The translations under genes and the position numbers were made by a program. DNA of 63,480 bases, counting the filler, from an uncultured virus (IMG/VR IMGVR_UViG_2049941000_000426) (Duplodnaviria; Heunggongvirae; Uroviricota; Caudoviricetes). It is 6 parts of one record of this genome, joined end to end, with 100 filler letters (N's around TTAATTAATTAA, not from the genome) between each part and the next. Parts side by side here need not be neighbours in the genome. Positions count along the whole stretch, not along the records: positions 1 to 6,355 come from IMGVR_UViG_2049941000_000426; positions 6,456 to 7,541 come from IMGVR_UViG_2049941000_000426; positions 7,642 to 26,931 come from IMGVR_UViG_2049941000_000426; 3 more parts are not named here. One strand, given 5' to 3'. The notes under the pieces were generated by a model. That model worked only from the letters and a program-made list of their open reading frames with translations, ran no database searches and was not told the DNA's origin. Below are positions 1 through 10,095 of the stretch, piece by piece; position 1 is the stretch's first letter, and each line of letters starts with the position of its first letter.

Positions 1-324
1 GTGAGCGGACAGGACATCATGGACGCCTTAAACCCATTAGGTGTCAAAACGGCTTTTCCGATCAGCATGTCGGTCAGGATTCTGATGGAAGACGGACAGG
101 CNNNNNNNNNNAACAACGCCATCCTTCGTCTGTTCCACTTTCTCAAGCCCGCCGAAGTTCTTGGCAACGATACCGAGACGTACNNNNNNNNNNGACAGAA
201 CCTGAGAAGAAGGAGCACAGCCATGACTGATCTTTACATCAAAGTGAGGGGAAGGTTCCATGTCGCCCGGAAGACCTTCCCGGGGACATACGACAGCTGC
301 AGTAAGTGCAGTCTNNNNNNNNNN

Positions 325-376
325 TCCAATCGTCCTTCTTTTCCTCGGCCGCTTTCTTGATGCTTTTCCAGTCCAT
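325..376 (-). CDS. N-terminal fragment (MDWKSIKKAAEEKKDDW) of the gene downstream of the 579..1550 hydrolase; probable hydrolase paralog
   Basis: Same start as the allele at 38744..38919; cut by a 10-N spacer. Confidence 0.6.
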
Positions 377-377
377 T

Positions 378-589
378 CTACTTATCTGCCACGCGAAATA
401 TACTGATAAGTAATTCCGCTTCCTGCTTCATCGCCCTTCCGGGGCTCCACAGGCTTCTTACGGTGTAGCCCACCGCATCAAACTCGGTAACACTGAGTTG
501 TTTAGCCGTCTTTCAACGCGCTGTAGAGTGTTTACCTTGTTTACACAAGATATACTCTTTATTTATCTTTTTGTTAAATCAGAGACTTC
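378..589 (-). mobile_element. Strain-specific ~210-bp insertion with a TnpB omega-RNA/right-end-like motif (non-autonomous IS200/IS605- or IS607-derived element)
   Basis: Absent from the second allele of the same junction (38900..38960). Minus strand reads GCGGTGGGCTACACCG..GCCTGTGGAG..GATGAAGCAGGAAGC, followed by a TACTTATC..GATAAGTA inverted repeat. Confidence 0.55.
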
Positions 590-1550
590 CTCCTCCGCTG
601 AATACACTTAACGGATTCTCGGCGCTCATCGGGGTCGTGTAGTCTTTCTTTCGGTCACCCGCAAAATCAACTGTCCGGATACCGGTATGGTCATTGTACT
701 TCGGGTCAGTGTAGATAATGTTGTTCGCTCCGTTGAGCTCTCGCTTATTATGTCCCAGGATCGCCACAAGGTCGGGGAAATACCAAGGTCTCACTTTTGA
801 CGGAAGGTGGTTGTCCCATGTCTTCACAAGTTCAGGCTTCCCATGGAAGGAAGCTTCCGGGCTCAGACCGACGGGGTCGAGAGTGTCAAGCCGATCCACG
901 GGTATCCCGTTGTCGCTCGCGAACAGGGCCAGCTTGTAAGCCGCCGGACCGCCAAGGGAATGCCCCTGTATCCGGATTCGGCAGCCTTTCGGAAGATTCA
1001 TGATGTAGTCCTTGGCGTTCTCGATGTCCTTCGCATTGAAAAGGGCGTACCGGCCCTTGCCGTATCTTCTGTCAAGATCCGCGACATCCATGTCGTTGTC
1101 ACGTTCCTTCTTTCCGCGGAACGCCCCGGACGCTCCGCCCGTGAAGGCGATGACAACGTCCCTGGGGGAAGCCGGGACCCTATAGCCCGTGTAGTTGTAC
1201 TTCGAGCCGTGAATCAATTGCGACAGGACATTGCTCCCGTAGCCGACACCGACGGCCGTCAGCAACTTCATAGCGTTGTAGACCCTGTTCGCCTTGTCGA
1301 TCTTCTCCTGGTCGGGGTCATCCGCCTTCATTTCCGGCGGTTTCTTGATGTGGTCCATCATCGCCTTGTGGACAAGCCCCCAGAACAGCATGCCGCCAGT
1401 GAAGATACCCGCGGAGCCAAGGGCCTCGCCCTGGTTGATGCGTCTGGTCTTGTTCGCCAGTTTCAGGGGATCGCCGATGTATACCGGATTGAAAGGGGCT
1501 TCAACCGGTTCGGCGGCTTTCTTGATGAAGGTGTAAAGGGGGTCGTTCAT
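579..1550 (-). CDS. alpha/beta-hydrolase (lipase/esterase-like) with N-terminal hydrophobic helices
   Basis: GHSLGG nucleophile elbow, LDPVG, C-terminal DHTG His; Gly/Ala-rich hydrophobic segments; N-terminal IKKAA. Confidence 0.8.
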   Translation of the reverse strand: MNDPLYTFIKKAAEPVEAPFNPVYIGDPLKLANKTRRINQGEALGSAGIFTGGMLFWGLVHKAMMDHIKKPPEMKADDPDQEKIDKANRVYNAMKLLTAVGVGYGSNVLSQLIHGSKYNYTGYRVPASPRDVVIAFTGGASGAFRGKKERDNDMDVADLDRRYGKGRYALFNAKDIENAKDYIMNLPKGCRIRIQGHSLGGPAAYKLALFASDNGIPVDRLDTLDPVGLSPEASFHGKPELVKTWDNHLPSKVRPWYFPDLVAILGHNKRELNGANNIIYTDPKYNDHTGIRTVDFAGDRKKDYTTPMSAENPLSVFSGGGSL

Positions 1551-1578
1551 AACCTTGTCAGGAGGGGAAAGGGCGCTG

Positions 1579-1616
1579 TTTTCTATACCTTATTAATATA
1601 GGGAAATTCCTGGGGG
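1579..1616 (-). promoter_or_regulatory. Putative phage late-type promoter motif
   Basis: CCCCCAGGAATTTCCCTATATTAATAAGGTATAGAAAA, near-identical to 12782..12818; both precede K-x-A-motif genes. Confidence 0.55.
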
Positions 1617-1634
1617 CTAAAAAGAGAGAGGGGA

Positions 1635-1664
1635 AAGACCCCTTCCGGTCTTGGAAGGGGTCTT
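1635..1664 (-). terminator. Hairpin, likely intrinsic terminator
   Basis: AAGACCCCTTCC-ggtctt-GGAAGGGGTCTT inverted repeat with a T/C-rich tail on the minus strand. Confidence 0.5.
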
Positions 1665-1838
1665 NNNNNNNNNNNNNNNNNNNNNNNNNNNNNNNNNNNN
1701 NNNNNNNNNNNNNNNNNNNNNNNNNNNNNNNNNNNNNNNNNNNNNNNNNNNNNNNNNNNNNNNNNNNNNNNNNNNNNNNNNNNNNNNNNNNNNNNNNNNN
1801 NNNNNNNNNNNNNNNNNNNNNNNNNNNNNNNNNNNNNC

Positions 1839-2201
1839 ATGAACGGCGGCGTGGACATCGTCGACACGTTCATACACGACTCCACGCTAACAGGACCTTG
1901 CCGCATTAGTTCGTCGAACATCGCGGGCTCGAGCCTTGGGTCCTGCATCGTCATATCCTGCCAGATCACGACATCCGAGATACGGGGCGCCGATCTGAAC
2001 GGCGGCCATGTCGTCCTTTCGGACATCACGGCCGAGACACGGCAATATGAGACGAAAGACGGTGAGAGGGCTTTCCTGCTTCCCCTCCGTCTTTATGGAA
2101 GCATGGCCATCAGGCGGGCCGTCGTCCATAAGATCAACGACGTCGTCCATATGGTGAACTTCTGGTCAAGCGGCCGTTCCATCACCTACACAAAAAGCAA
2201 C
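1839..2201 (+). CDS. Partial beta-helix-like repeat protein (C-terminal part)
   Basis: Ile/Ser-rich short repeats followed by FWSSGRSITYT; flanked by gaps; may belong to the same gene or family as 40843. Confidence 0.45.
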
Positions 2202-2373
2202 NNNNNNNNNNCTCCTGATAGATTTCGTCGAGAGGACGAAGGACATCGAGACAAGAAGCTCCGAATGGACAGGGCTCGACGAGGATGGCAACTACATGTT
2301 TTCCGGCGGTGGGAGCTGCATGTTCTCTCTACTGGAAAATCCCGACACACACGCAGCGCCTGAAAACAACTGA

Positions 2374-2410
2374 AAAACATAGCTTAAATGCGCCATAATA
2401 TACTGAGGGA
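2374..2410 (+). promoter_or_regulatory. Putative phage early/middle promoter motif
   Basis: AAAAACATAGCTTAAATGCGCCATAATATACTG, related to copies at 20418, 25528 and 53797(-). Confidence 0.5.
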
Positions 2411-2439
2411 GAAGGTTTACCTGCCGATCCCTTGGTTTA

Positions 2440-2560
2440 TTGGCGCATGAACAAACCTTGTTCGGCACGCCAACTAGACCGCCCGACGTGGGCAAACCAG
2501 GGAGGACGATGGAATGGTCCTCCTTATGCCGAACAAGCGGTTCTAGGAGGACCGAAGTCA
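2440..2560 (+). ncRNA. Candidate structured 5' leader (riboswitch-like), allele 1
   Basis: P1 2457-2467/2527-2537; GGTCCTCC can pair with upstream GGAGGAC or downstream GGAGGACC; precedes MADKNS start at 2565. Confidence 0.5.
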
Positions 2561-2597
2561 TACCATGGCTGATAAGAATTCCAACCANNNNNNNNNN

Positions 2598-2710
2598 GGC
2601 GGACCGTGTTCGCGTGCCAATAACACCGCTCCATAGTGGAGCATTCTCAGCCGGGCTTTGGAATGGCCCTCCTGAGTAAGCGAACAGGCGGCTCGGAGGG
2701 CCGGTAGCTA
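2598..2710 (+). ncRNA. Candidate structured 5' leader, allele 2
   Basis: Same helix layout with compensatory changes (GGCCCTCC/GGAGGGCC; GCTCCA/TGGAGC); precedes MADKNS start at 2714. Confidence 0.5.
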
Positions 2711-2713
2711 ATT

Positions 2714-2904
2714 ATGGCAGATAAGAATTCCAAGATGACAGGCAGTGAGAAGAGCTGGACTGTTTCGAAGCTCCGCGAGGAGCTTGAAAAGTCCTACAAG
2801 GGGGGAGCTCTTCCCCCTGACTTCCTCCTAACCGCCAAGGTGCTCTGGCGGTACATACCGCTGGAGTATCTCCAACTCCTTCCGGAAGCGGAAGGAGTGA
2901 CCTG
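2714..2904 (+). CDS. Hypothetical protein, partial (MADKNS...)
   Basis: Start codon conserved in two alleles; runs into gap. Confidence 0.55.
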
Positions 2905-3254
2905 NNNNNNNNNNNNNNNNNNNNNNNNNNNNNNNNNNNNNNNNNNNNNNNNNNNNNNNNNNNNNNNNNNNNNNNNNNNNNNNNNNNNNNNNNNNNNNNN
3001 NNNNNNNNNNNNNNNNNNNNNNNNNNNNNNNNNNNNNNNNNNNNNNNNNNNNNNNNNNNNNNNNNNNNNNNNNNNNNNNNNNNNNNNNNNNNNNNNNNNN
3101 NNNNNNNNNNNNNNNNNNNNNNNNNNNNNNNNNNNNNNNNNNNNNNNNNNNNNNNNNNNNNNNNNNNNNNNNNNNNNNNNNNNNNNNNNNNNNNNNNNNN
3201 NNNNNNNNNNNNNNNNNNNNNNNNNNNNNNNNNNNNNNNNNNNNNNNGAAGAAC

Positions 3255-3572
3255 ATGACCGAAAAGGAACGCAAGGAAACCCTTTACGACGCCGTCGCCG
3301 ACAAAGGCACCCTGAAATCGATTCTCGAGACAAGCGTCGCCGAGGACATCGTATTGGACTGGAACGAGGACGAGGAAATCACGACGGAAGACGTGGAGAA
3401 GGTCTTCGACGACCTTGCCCCGGAGGAGATCTCCGAGATCATCAGGAAGGCCTGGGAATGCGTCGTCGACGGCTTTTTCGACCACCGCTACTGGGAGGAC
3501 CTCGTCAGCGAGATGACGACCTGTCTGAACGAAACGCTCACGGACAAGCTAAGGGAGGCCAAGGCGAAATGA
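3255..3572 (+). CDS. Small acidic hypothetical protein
   Basis: 105-aa D/E-rich ORF, ATGA-coupled to next gene. Confidence 0.7.
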   Translation: MTEKERKETLYDAVADKGTLKSILETSVAEDIVLDWNEDEEITTEDVEKVFDDLAPEEISEIIRKAWECVVDGFFDHRYWEDLVSEMTTCLNETLTDKLREAKAK

Positions 3573-3919
3573 ACATCATCGACGGATACGAACTACATAC
3601 CAAGCTGACAAGGATGAAGCCGGGGATGAGATCGGAACATGTCTATCTCGAGATCGGCGACCGCTCCTTCCTCAGGGAAAGGATAGAGGAGGCCGTGGCC
3701 GAGAGAGTCCGGGACAATTGGGACACCGATAAGAACGGAAGGCGCCCGAGCCTTTCCGAGATGATACGTCTGTTCACGACGCTTGACCCCAAGACGACAA
3801 ACGGTATACTTGTCGGCGCCCATGACCGGATCGACATGGACGCAAGGTCCGACTTCCGCGAGCAGTACACCGACGCGGTCGACGGGCTTCTCCGGGAAAC
3901 CCTGGAGAAGAAGCTGAAA
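3569..3919 (+). CDS. Hypothetical protein (MNIIDGYELH...), partial
   Basis: ATGA overlap; C-terminal allele at 10752..10955. Confidence 0.65.
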
Positions 3920-3929
3920 NNNNNNNNNN

Positions 3930-4269
3930 ATGTGGCGATGATGCTCGTCGGCATTCTCGACACCTTCATGACCTGGAAGATCTCGCCGTTCCCGAACTTG
4001 ATGAGAACCCCCCTTGCCAGTTCCGTCATGACCCATGACACCTCGAGGGTTTCCGGGCCGACATGAATCTTCCGGGAGTCCTCTTTCTTTCCCAGATGCG
4101 CCGTGACCCTGTTCAGGTTCATCACGAAGTCCTGCACCGTATTCCAGATAGGGGCGATGACCTGCGCTTTCTCGTCGTCGTTCGTGGAATCGTAGAATTC
4201 GTCGTTCCAGTTCCCGCCTATTTCAAGAAGCCCCTGTTCACCGTCCAGTGAAAATCTGTATGCGCTCAT
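3930..4269 (-). CDS. Hypothetical protein, partial; paralog of 6604..6743
   Basis: Shared EIGG.WN..F.D.T...E+AQ...P+W motif. Confidence 0.65.
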
Positions 4270-4925
4270 GATTCCTCCTTGTTGTTGTAGTTTTTCCTTT
4301 CCTGCTCGTCATTGTTCATTTGCAGCGCGGGATCCTGCCGCAGGTACTCCACCACCTTGACCAGCGCAGTCTTGCTGATACAGCAGTCGTTCATGGCAAG
4401 ACAGCATATCGGCAGACCGCTGTACTCGTTGAACGCCTGAGCCCACTGGAGCCTGCGGCTGGCGTGATACGACGCCGGCATGTGATACCATTCCTGTTGG
4501 GCCTCCATGATATTGGTGTTCAGGTCCTTGATCTCGGGCTCCCGCATAATGACGCTGTACAGGATGTTCATGACCCTGATGCGGGTGAAGCTAGCCGTGT
4601 CCCTGTAATTGGCGTCGTCGGCCAGCTGTAGCAGTATTTCCTCCGGTGTCAGCTCCCTGATGAACTTCAACCGGTCGGTGCATAGCTTGTCTTCGCTGGA
4701 ACACAGCTTGCCACGAGCCTCCACTTCGAACACACGGGTGTAGAACGCCGAATCGTATGTGCCGTACACATGGCACAGCCGTCTGCAGAAGTGCAGCCCG
4801 GACCTGCACAGCACGAGATCGGAAGTGACCGAGTAGACCCCACCCACGCTGTATGGCGTTCGCCGGCGGCCAAACTTCGGCATGCCGCTCCACAGGGTCG
4901 CCTTGTAGCCTTTGATCTCCGTCAT
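4266..4925 (-). CDS. YKA...C..GxHFC-domain phage protein (DUF7666-like)
   Basis: GYKA..Y.VG..Y..LC.SGLHFC..TRVFEVEA.G..K.C..+L.FIREL. Confidence 0.7.
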   Translation of the reverse strand: MTEIKGYKATLWSGMPKFGRRRTPYSVGGVYSVTSDLVLCRSGLHFCRRLCHVYGTYDSAFYTRVFEVEARGKLCSSEDKLCTDRLKFIRELTPEEILLQLADDANYRDTASFTRIRVMNILYSVIMREPEIKDLNTNIMEAQQEWYHMPASYHASRRLQWAQAFNEYSGLPICCLAMNDCCISKTALVKVVEYLRQDPALQMNNDEQERKNYNNKEES

Positions 4926-5278
4926 TTATGGCGCTCCCCCTCCGACACAATGTCGTCGACAAGCATTCCGTCCAGACAGACGATCCGCTCAATGCTCAGC
5001 CGATCCTCGCCAATGGTGTTCGAGAAGTGCTCGACTTCGCACAGGTCCGTCCCCATGGCGAGAACCTCGAAGATCTCGTCGCAGGCGTCGAGCCGGTCGA
5101 GCCACCTCGTTATCTCCTCGTCATAGACACCTGGAATCCACTGGCCCCTCAGGAGAAGGGAGCCGTCCTTGAGCGTCCTTTTCTCGAAGCACTTGTCGAA
5201 GATGCCGGAGACATCCTCGGTGAGCTTCCTCTGCGCCTCCTTCGAAAGGAGGATCGTCACATCCTGCCGGTAGTTCAT
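4922..5278 (-). CDS. Hypothetical protein
   Basis: Translationally coupled ORF in a minus-strand gene run. Confidence 0.7.
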   Translation of the reverse strand: MNYRQDVTILLSKEAQRKLTEDVSGIFDKCFEKRTLKDGSLLLRGQWIPGVYDEEITRWLDRLDACDEIFEVLAMGTDLCEVEHFSNTIGEDRLSIERIVCLDGMLVDDIVSEGERHK

Positions 5279-5589
5279 TTTTCTTTCCTTTTCATGAATT
5301 GCCCAATGGTCATGCTCTCGTCCAGGAAGCCCAGACCTTCCTCAAGCTCGATGAACCCCTCCTCGGGGATGTCGAGCGGCTCCGCCGTGATGATGCTTCC
5401 CGCATGGTTGACCATGACGAGCTTCTCGATTCTACAGGGATCGCCCGGGTCGTCGTCCTTCCCGCGAAGGTCATAGCAGTACAGCCCTTCCGGAAGCTCC
5501 TGCCTGGGGTACCGGTAGTCCACGAACAGCGCCTCGACGCCGTCATTGATTTCGACAAGTTCGAATTCCTCTTCAGTCATCTTTACCAT
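5275..5589 (-). CDS. LPD28-like domain protein
   Basis: ALF.D.R....LPEGLYCYDLR..DD.GDPC.IE..V.VNH.GSIITAEPL motif of large polyvalent protein domain 28. Confidence 0.7.
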   Translation of the reverse strand: MVKMTEEEFELVEINDGVEALFVDYRYPRQELPEGLYCYDLRGKDDDPGDPCRIEKLVMVNHAGSIITAEPLDIPEEGFIELEEGLGFLDESMTIGQFMKRKEK

Positions 5590-5999
5590 TCCTCGCTTTC
5601 TTCCTTTGAGTAATACGCCGAAACCGGAAGCCCCTTGAACCAGACCGTAGGGCCTACTTCCAGCAAACTTGAAAAACCGCTGCTCGTCCTGTTCGAATAG
5701 GTCTTCACCCCACCGTCATAGGAGATCTCGACATACTCGAGGAAAGCACCCTTCGCGTCGTCGCAGATGAAGTCTATGAAGTCCTCTATGAGACGCCACG
5801 CCTCGTCGCACCTGTTCTGCACAACGTTGCGGTTCCAGAACAGGTGGCTGTAGATGTCAGCCTCCTTATGGCAGAACACCGCCATGAAGGCGTCCTTCGT
5901 CCTTTCATCGAGAAGCTCGAAGGCCCTCTGGTTCATCCTTACCGCCATTTCCCGCGAAACGCGGATTTTGATCTTTTGATCTTTGATCTTTTCCGTCAT
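5583..5999 (-). CDS. Hypothetical protein
   Basis: 138-aa ORF with RBS, coupled to neighbours. Confidence 0.65.
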   Translation of the reverse strand: MTEKIKDQKIKIRVSREMAVRMNQRAFELLDERTKDAFMAVFCHKEADIYSHLFWNRNVVQNRCDEAWRLIEDFIDFICDDAKGAFLEYVEISYDGGVKTYSNRTSSGFSSLLEVGPTVWFKGLPVSAYYSKEESEEW

Positions 6000-6399
6000 T
6001 GTCTTTTCCTTTTTTTAGTCAAGAACATCGTCGACGAACCAGACGGTCGGCTGGTATGTCAGCAAGATCCGGTCCATCGGGTCCTTCAGGTAATGCCTGA
6101 CCTCGCCCTTCCAGTTGACCGTCAATGTCTCGTAAAGCGCACCGTCCGTCTTCTCGAGCGTTTCGAGAAACGCCCTGACCTGGTTCGCCNNNNNNNNNNT
6201 GTCCTTCGGGTTGTTCCATTTCTTGGTCCGTACACCCCACCAGACATGCTGGAGGCCCGTCCCCGGCTTCTTCTTCGCCCTGTTGTATCGGAACAGCAGG
6301 GCAAGGCACAGCTTGATCTCGGACGGCAATACGGAAAAGGCCTTGCGGTCGAGCCNNNNNNNNNNNNNNNNNNNNNNNNNNNNNNNNNNNNNNNNNNNN

Positions 6400-6411
6400 T
6401 TAATTAATTAA
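6400..6411. other. Artificial TTAATTAATTAA linker inside N runs (also 7586, 26976, 42628, 59578)
   Basis: Six-frame stop linker flanked by Ns; contig-concatenation artefact. Confidence 0.95.
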
Positions 6412-6739
6412 NNNNNNNNNNNNNNNNNNNNNNNNNNNNNNNNNNNNNNNNNNNNTCGAAAAGCTCCACAAGGAAAACATCGACTTTCCCGAACTGGAGC
6501 ATATGAAGAAGGAATAGGAAAAAATGAGAAAGACAGACGAAGTGAAAGAGATGGCCTTGCGGCTCGACCGCAAGGCCTTTTTCGTATTTCCGTNNNNNNN
6601 NNNTCCTCGCACGCCGTCCAGACGGGGACGACGGCCTGGGCCCGCTCCTTCTGGGTGGTGTCGTCCCAGAATTTCCTGTTCCAGTCCCCGCCGATCTCGA
6701 ACCGGCAGGGGACACCCTTGTATTCAACGTCGTAATAGC

Positions 6740-7207
6740 TCATTGTCCTTCTCCTTTTCGCACTTCCACATGCTCCGTGGAGCCGCAAAGCGTATCAGTC
6801 ACCTGGACAATCTTCTCCTTCAAGTAGTCCTCGAACATGATGAACTTGTCATCCAGGAAATGCCCGAGCCCGACAACAGGCCCGGAATACGATGCCAATA
6901 TGGCGCGCACCGGCTTGCCGTTCAGCCTGTCCAGCGTGACCGTGTCGTCCGTCTCGCCGACGAACTGCCTGATGAAGTCGTCGGCCACCACCCCCAGTAT
7001 TTCACGCAGGTTGTATGTGCCGAGGGCGCAGATGTAGCCGTTGTCCGACAGCTTCAGCATGAGCTCCAGAGTCGTGATGTTGTAATGCCCCTGCCAGGCC
7101 ACATTCACGCTCTCTATGACGGCGTTCTGGACAACAAGCTCGGAGCTGTTCACATTCTTATCCTTGCAATACTTCTTCACCGCTTCCTTGAATGGCTTGA
7201 ATGACAT
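6740..7207 (-). CDS. Hypothetical protein
   Basis: AAGGAG RBS; start region repeated as an allele at 7452..7541. Confidence 0.7.
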   Translation of the reverse strand: MSFKPFKEAVKKYCKDKNVNSSELVVQNAVIESVNVAWQGHYNITTLELMLKLSDNGYICALGTYNLREILGVVADDFIRQFVGETDDTVTLDRLNGKPVRAILASYSGPVVGLGHFLDDKFIMFEDYLKEKIVQVTDTLCGSTEHVEVRKGEGQ

Positions 7208-7641
7208 TGTTTTTCTCCTTATAGCTCGTCANNNNNNNNNNAGCATGAGGACGATGGTCTGGTTTCTCGATCATCGTCGAGACGTGTTGGAGGGTCTTCT
7301 TCCCGAAACCGAGCATCCCGTCGTCCCGGATGAGCCGAGGTATCTCATCCGTGTCTGCCGGGGCATGAAGCCGGTCGCCTCCAAGGATGTGAAACTTTCC
7401 GTCAGAAGGGTCGACTCATGCTTGATATGATGAAGCATCATGACGAGCTATAAGGAGAAAAACAATGTCATTCAAGCCATTCAAGGAAGCAGTGAAGAAG
7501 TATTGCAAGGATAAGAATGTGAACAGCTCCGAGCTTGTTGTNNNNNNNNNNNNNNNNNNNNNNNNNNNNNNNNNNNNNNNNNNNNTTAATTAATTAANNN
7601 NNNNNNNNNNNNNNNNNNNNNNNNNNNNNNNNNNNNNNNNN

Positions 7642-7903
7642 AGAGTGACCCCAAGGTATTCCAGGATGCACTCCAGGGCCTCTCCGGGGGTGGCGCAGCC
7701 TGTCTTCACATAGTCCGGCGCACCGAACTCGTAGTCCGGATGCCCATGCCATACGGACGCCGTCCACTCATTGTTTTCCAGACGAACCTTCACCAGCGTC
7801 TTCTTAAGAGGGGAAAGGACCACCGGGTCCTTCACGGCCCATTCATTCCTTCCGGCCACATGGAAACCATGCGACAGAAGCCACGCGGCGCCATCCTCCA
7901 CGG
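7642..7903 (-). CDS. Fragment of WLxxHGF-repeat protein
   Basis: WLLSHGF...TPGEALECILEYLG. Confidence 0.55.
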
Positions 7904-8050
7904 NNNNNNNNNNCAAGTACGACCGTTTCCGGATGGGCTGCAAGGTCGATCCGGCGATAAAGGTCTTCAACAGCGTGCCGAACAAGCCGTGTCCCTACGG
8001 GCGGACGGTGAAACGGGAGATTTGATGAAACGATTGAGCAAGGAGGAAAA

Positions 8051-8633
8051 ATGCCGAACGATGATTGTCTGACAATGGAGAATGTTTTCGGGAAGGAGAC
8101 CGAGAGCTCGTGGATGTGGCTTGAGCGCCACGGCTTCGTGGGGGACTCGACAAAGGAGAACTGGTGCATCGGGAAAATCCCGGAAAGGCTTTCCTTCCTG
8201 GAGAACCTGCGGCTGGTCGTCAAAAGATGTGTCGACGACCAGTGGTACGCCGAGGTCTTCTTCGACAGGGGGAGCGACGATGAGTCCGCATCCCCGAAAT
8301 ATTCGACCGCGACCTACGAGAAACCCCAGGAAGCCTTGTCCATCATTATCGACTACCTGGAGAAAATGAGGAAGGCCGAGGCTTCCTTGATAAAGAAGTG
8401 CGAGGAGACAATGGACGCCCTTTTCCCCTTCCGTCCGGCGGATCTGGACTCCAAGGAGCAGTGGCTCCTCGATCATGGGTTCGGCCGGTGCTCCTACGGG
8501 CCGATATGGAAAAGGGTGTTCACCTTTGACGAAAAGGAAATCGTCTGGACTGTTCAGACGTTCAACGACGCGAACTGGATGGTCAGGCGGGAATATCCCG
8601 AGGACGACGGCGGGCATGCCGAAGCCTTCGGCG
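8051..8633 (+). CDS. WLxxHGF-repeat protein, partial
   Basis: AAGGAGG RBS; two repeats (WLERHGF, WLLDHGF) with KPQEALSIIIDYL. Confidence 0.65.
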
Positions 8634-8644
8634 NNNNNNNNNNT

Positions 8645-9042
8645 CTAGTTCTTCAGCTCCTTGAGTGGATCGCCCGGCTTGTCCAGAAGTCTCCGGAGAA
8701 GCCCCTTGAGCGCCTCATCCGGACTGTCGCATACAGGGCCGTCGAATACGGGGCCCCCGTTGCTCCAGCTAGCCTGCCAGCCTACGCACCCCCGGAAGAC
8801 TATCACCCTTCCTATCAGGTCGTCAGGGCCACGCCAGAAGCACTTGACCCCTTTCGGGTACTCCATCTTGAAACCGTGCCCGGCAAGCCAAGCGACCCCC
8901 GGCTGAACGGCATCCTCCGGAAGGCGGTCGGCCGGGAAGTTCTTCTCGAAGATCCGGTCGACGATCCGATCCTTGTCCGCCGTCGCAAGAGTGCCCCCAA
9001 GGTATTCCAGGACGAACTCCAGGGCCTCTCCGGGGGTGGCGC
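8645..9042 (-). CDS. C-terminal fragment of WLxxHGF-repeat protein
   Basis: TPGEALEFVLEYLG..WLAGHGF..SPDEAL. Confidence 0.55.
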
Positions 9043-9597
9043 NNNNNNNNNNGAAGCCTTCCCGCCAGATCTCGAACGTCTGGACGGGGCGTCCTTCGGT
9101 GATCTCGCGTCCGATATGGACGAGAAGCGATTTCACCTTCCCGTACACCGCCATGAACATCTCGCCTTCCGGATCGACATGGTCCTTTCCCTTGACGACC
9201 ATCTTCCGCAAGGTCTCCTTGTCCTCCTCGGGGATGCCGCTGAAAGCCTCGTCGAGAATCCCGACCGCCTTGTTCACCAACACGAAGATCTCCTTCGAGG
9301 AATGGCTCATCGAATAGGGGTTCATGTCGGTCTTCGGCCGGTTCCGGTAGTCCGGCGACGGTATCTCGACGCAGCCGTCCGTCTGTCTCATTTCAGTCAT
9401 CATCTTCTCTTGCTCCTTGTTTCCGTGTCTCATGTTCCAGCCGAGCGCCTTGTTGACATCGGCCTCCTCTATCTCCCTCTTCTGGCTCTCATGAAGCCCC
9501 CTGAGGAACTCCATTTCCTCCTCCGGGCTGTCGAACTCCAGATGGGGGCCGAACATACCCCCGTCGTTCCATCCGGGGTCCGGGTCGTCTTCATGGC

Positions 9598-10095
9598 TCA
9601 TTTCCTCTTGCCCTCCCCGGAAGCCTTCTTGTACCACTTCTCGCAGGCCGATTTCATAACGGCCGCCTGGCGCTTCCTTTTCAGCTCGATAAGTTCCAGA
9701 ATATCCTGCTCGCTCTCCATGAACCATTCCAGCCAGTCCATGTTGGAGAAGGAAGCCGTCCCCTTGACATCGTTCACGGCGATCGAGACGACATCGTGCG
9801 AAGCGTTCCCGATGCTCGTAGTCACCGTATAGGGACCGCCGCTGAGCGACAGGATCCAGTTGCGGTATACCGTGACGTTCCGGTCCTTCATCGTCACAGG
9901 GACATCCCGTGTGATCCTCCCTTCGGGGAAGGAGCGCCGTGAGAAGTCCAGACAGGCGTTGGCGATCACGGTCAGACACTCGAGCGCCTTCCCCATGGAG
10001 GGGAACTCGTCGAGGATCTCCCTGATGTCGCCCTGCCCGGGCTGCACGTCGATCGCCTTCCCGAGAAGGACATTGAAATTGATGTTCAGACTCAT
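9598..10095 (-). CDS. Hypothetical protein (MSLNINF...)
   Basis: AAGGAGG RBS before ATG 10095; coupled downstream. Confidence 0.65.
   Translation of the reverse strand: MSLNINFNVLLGKAIDVQPGQGDIREILDEFPSMGKALECLTVIANACLDFSRRSFPEGRITRDVPVTMKDRNVTVYRNWILSLSGGPYTVTTSIGNASHDVVSIAVNDVKGTASFSNMDWLEWFMESEQDILELIELKRKRQAAVMKSACEKWYKKASGEGKRK

Noticed and set aside
2490..2523. GGGCAAACC (c-di-GMP-I-like) and GATGG (fluoride-riboswitch-like) words
   Set aside because: Rest of each consensus is absent and the words are not conserved in the second allele
6400..6411. Recurring TTAATTAATTAA palindrome
   Set aside because: Always embedded in N runs; synthetic six-frame stop linker
8051..9832. Long ORFs spanning N runs (e.g. 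593 aa here, 10952..11950, 16520..17419, 29991..31136)
   Set aside because: Chimeras of unrelated fragments read through Ns, partly antisense to real genes
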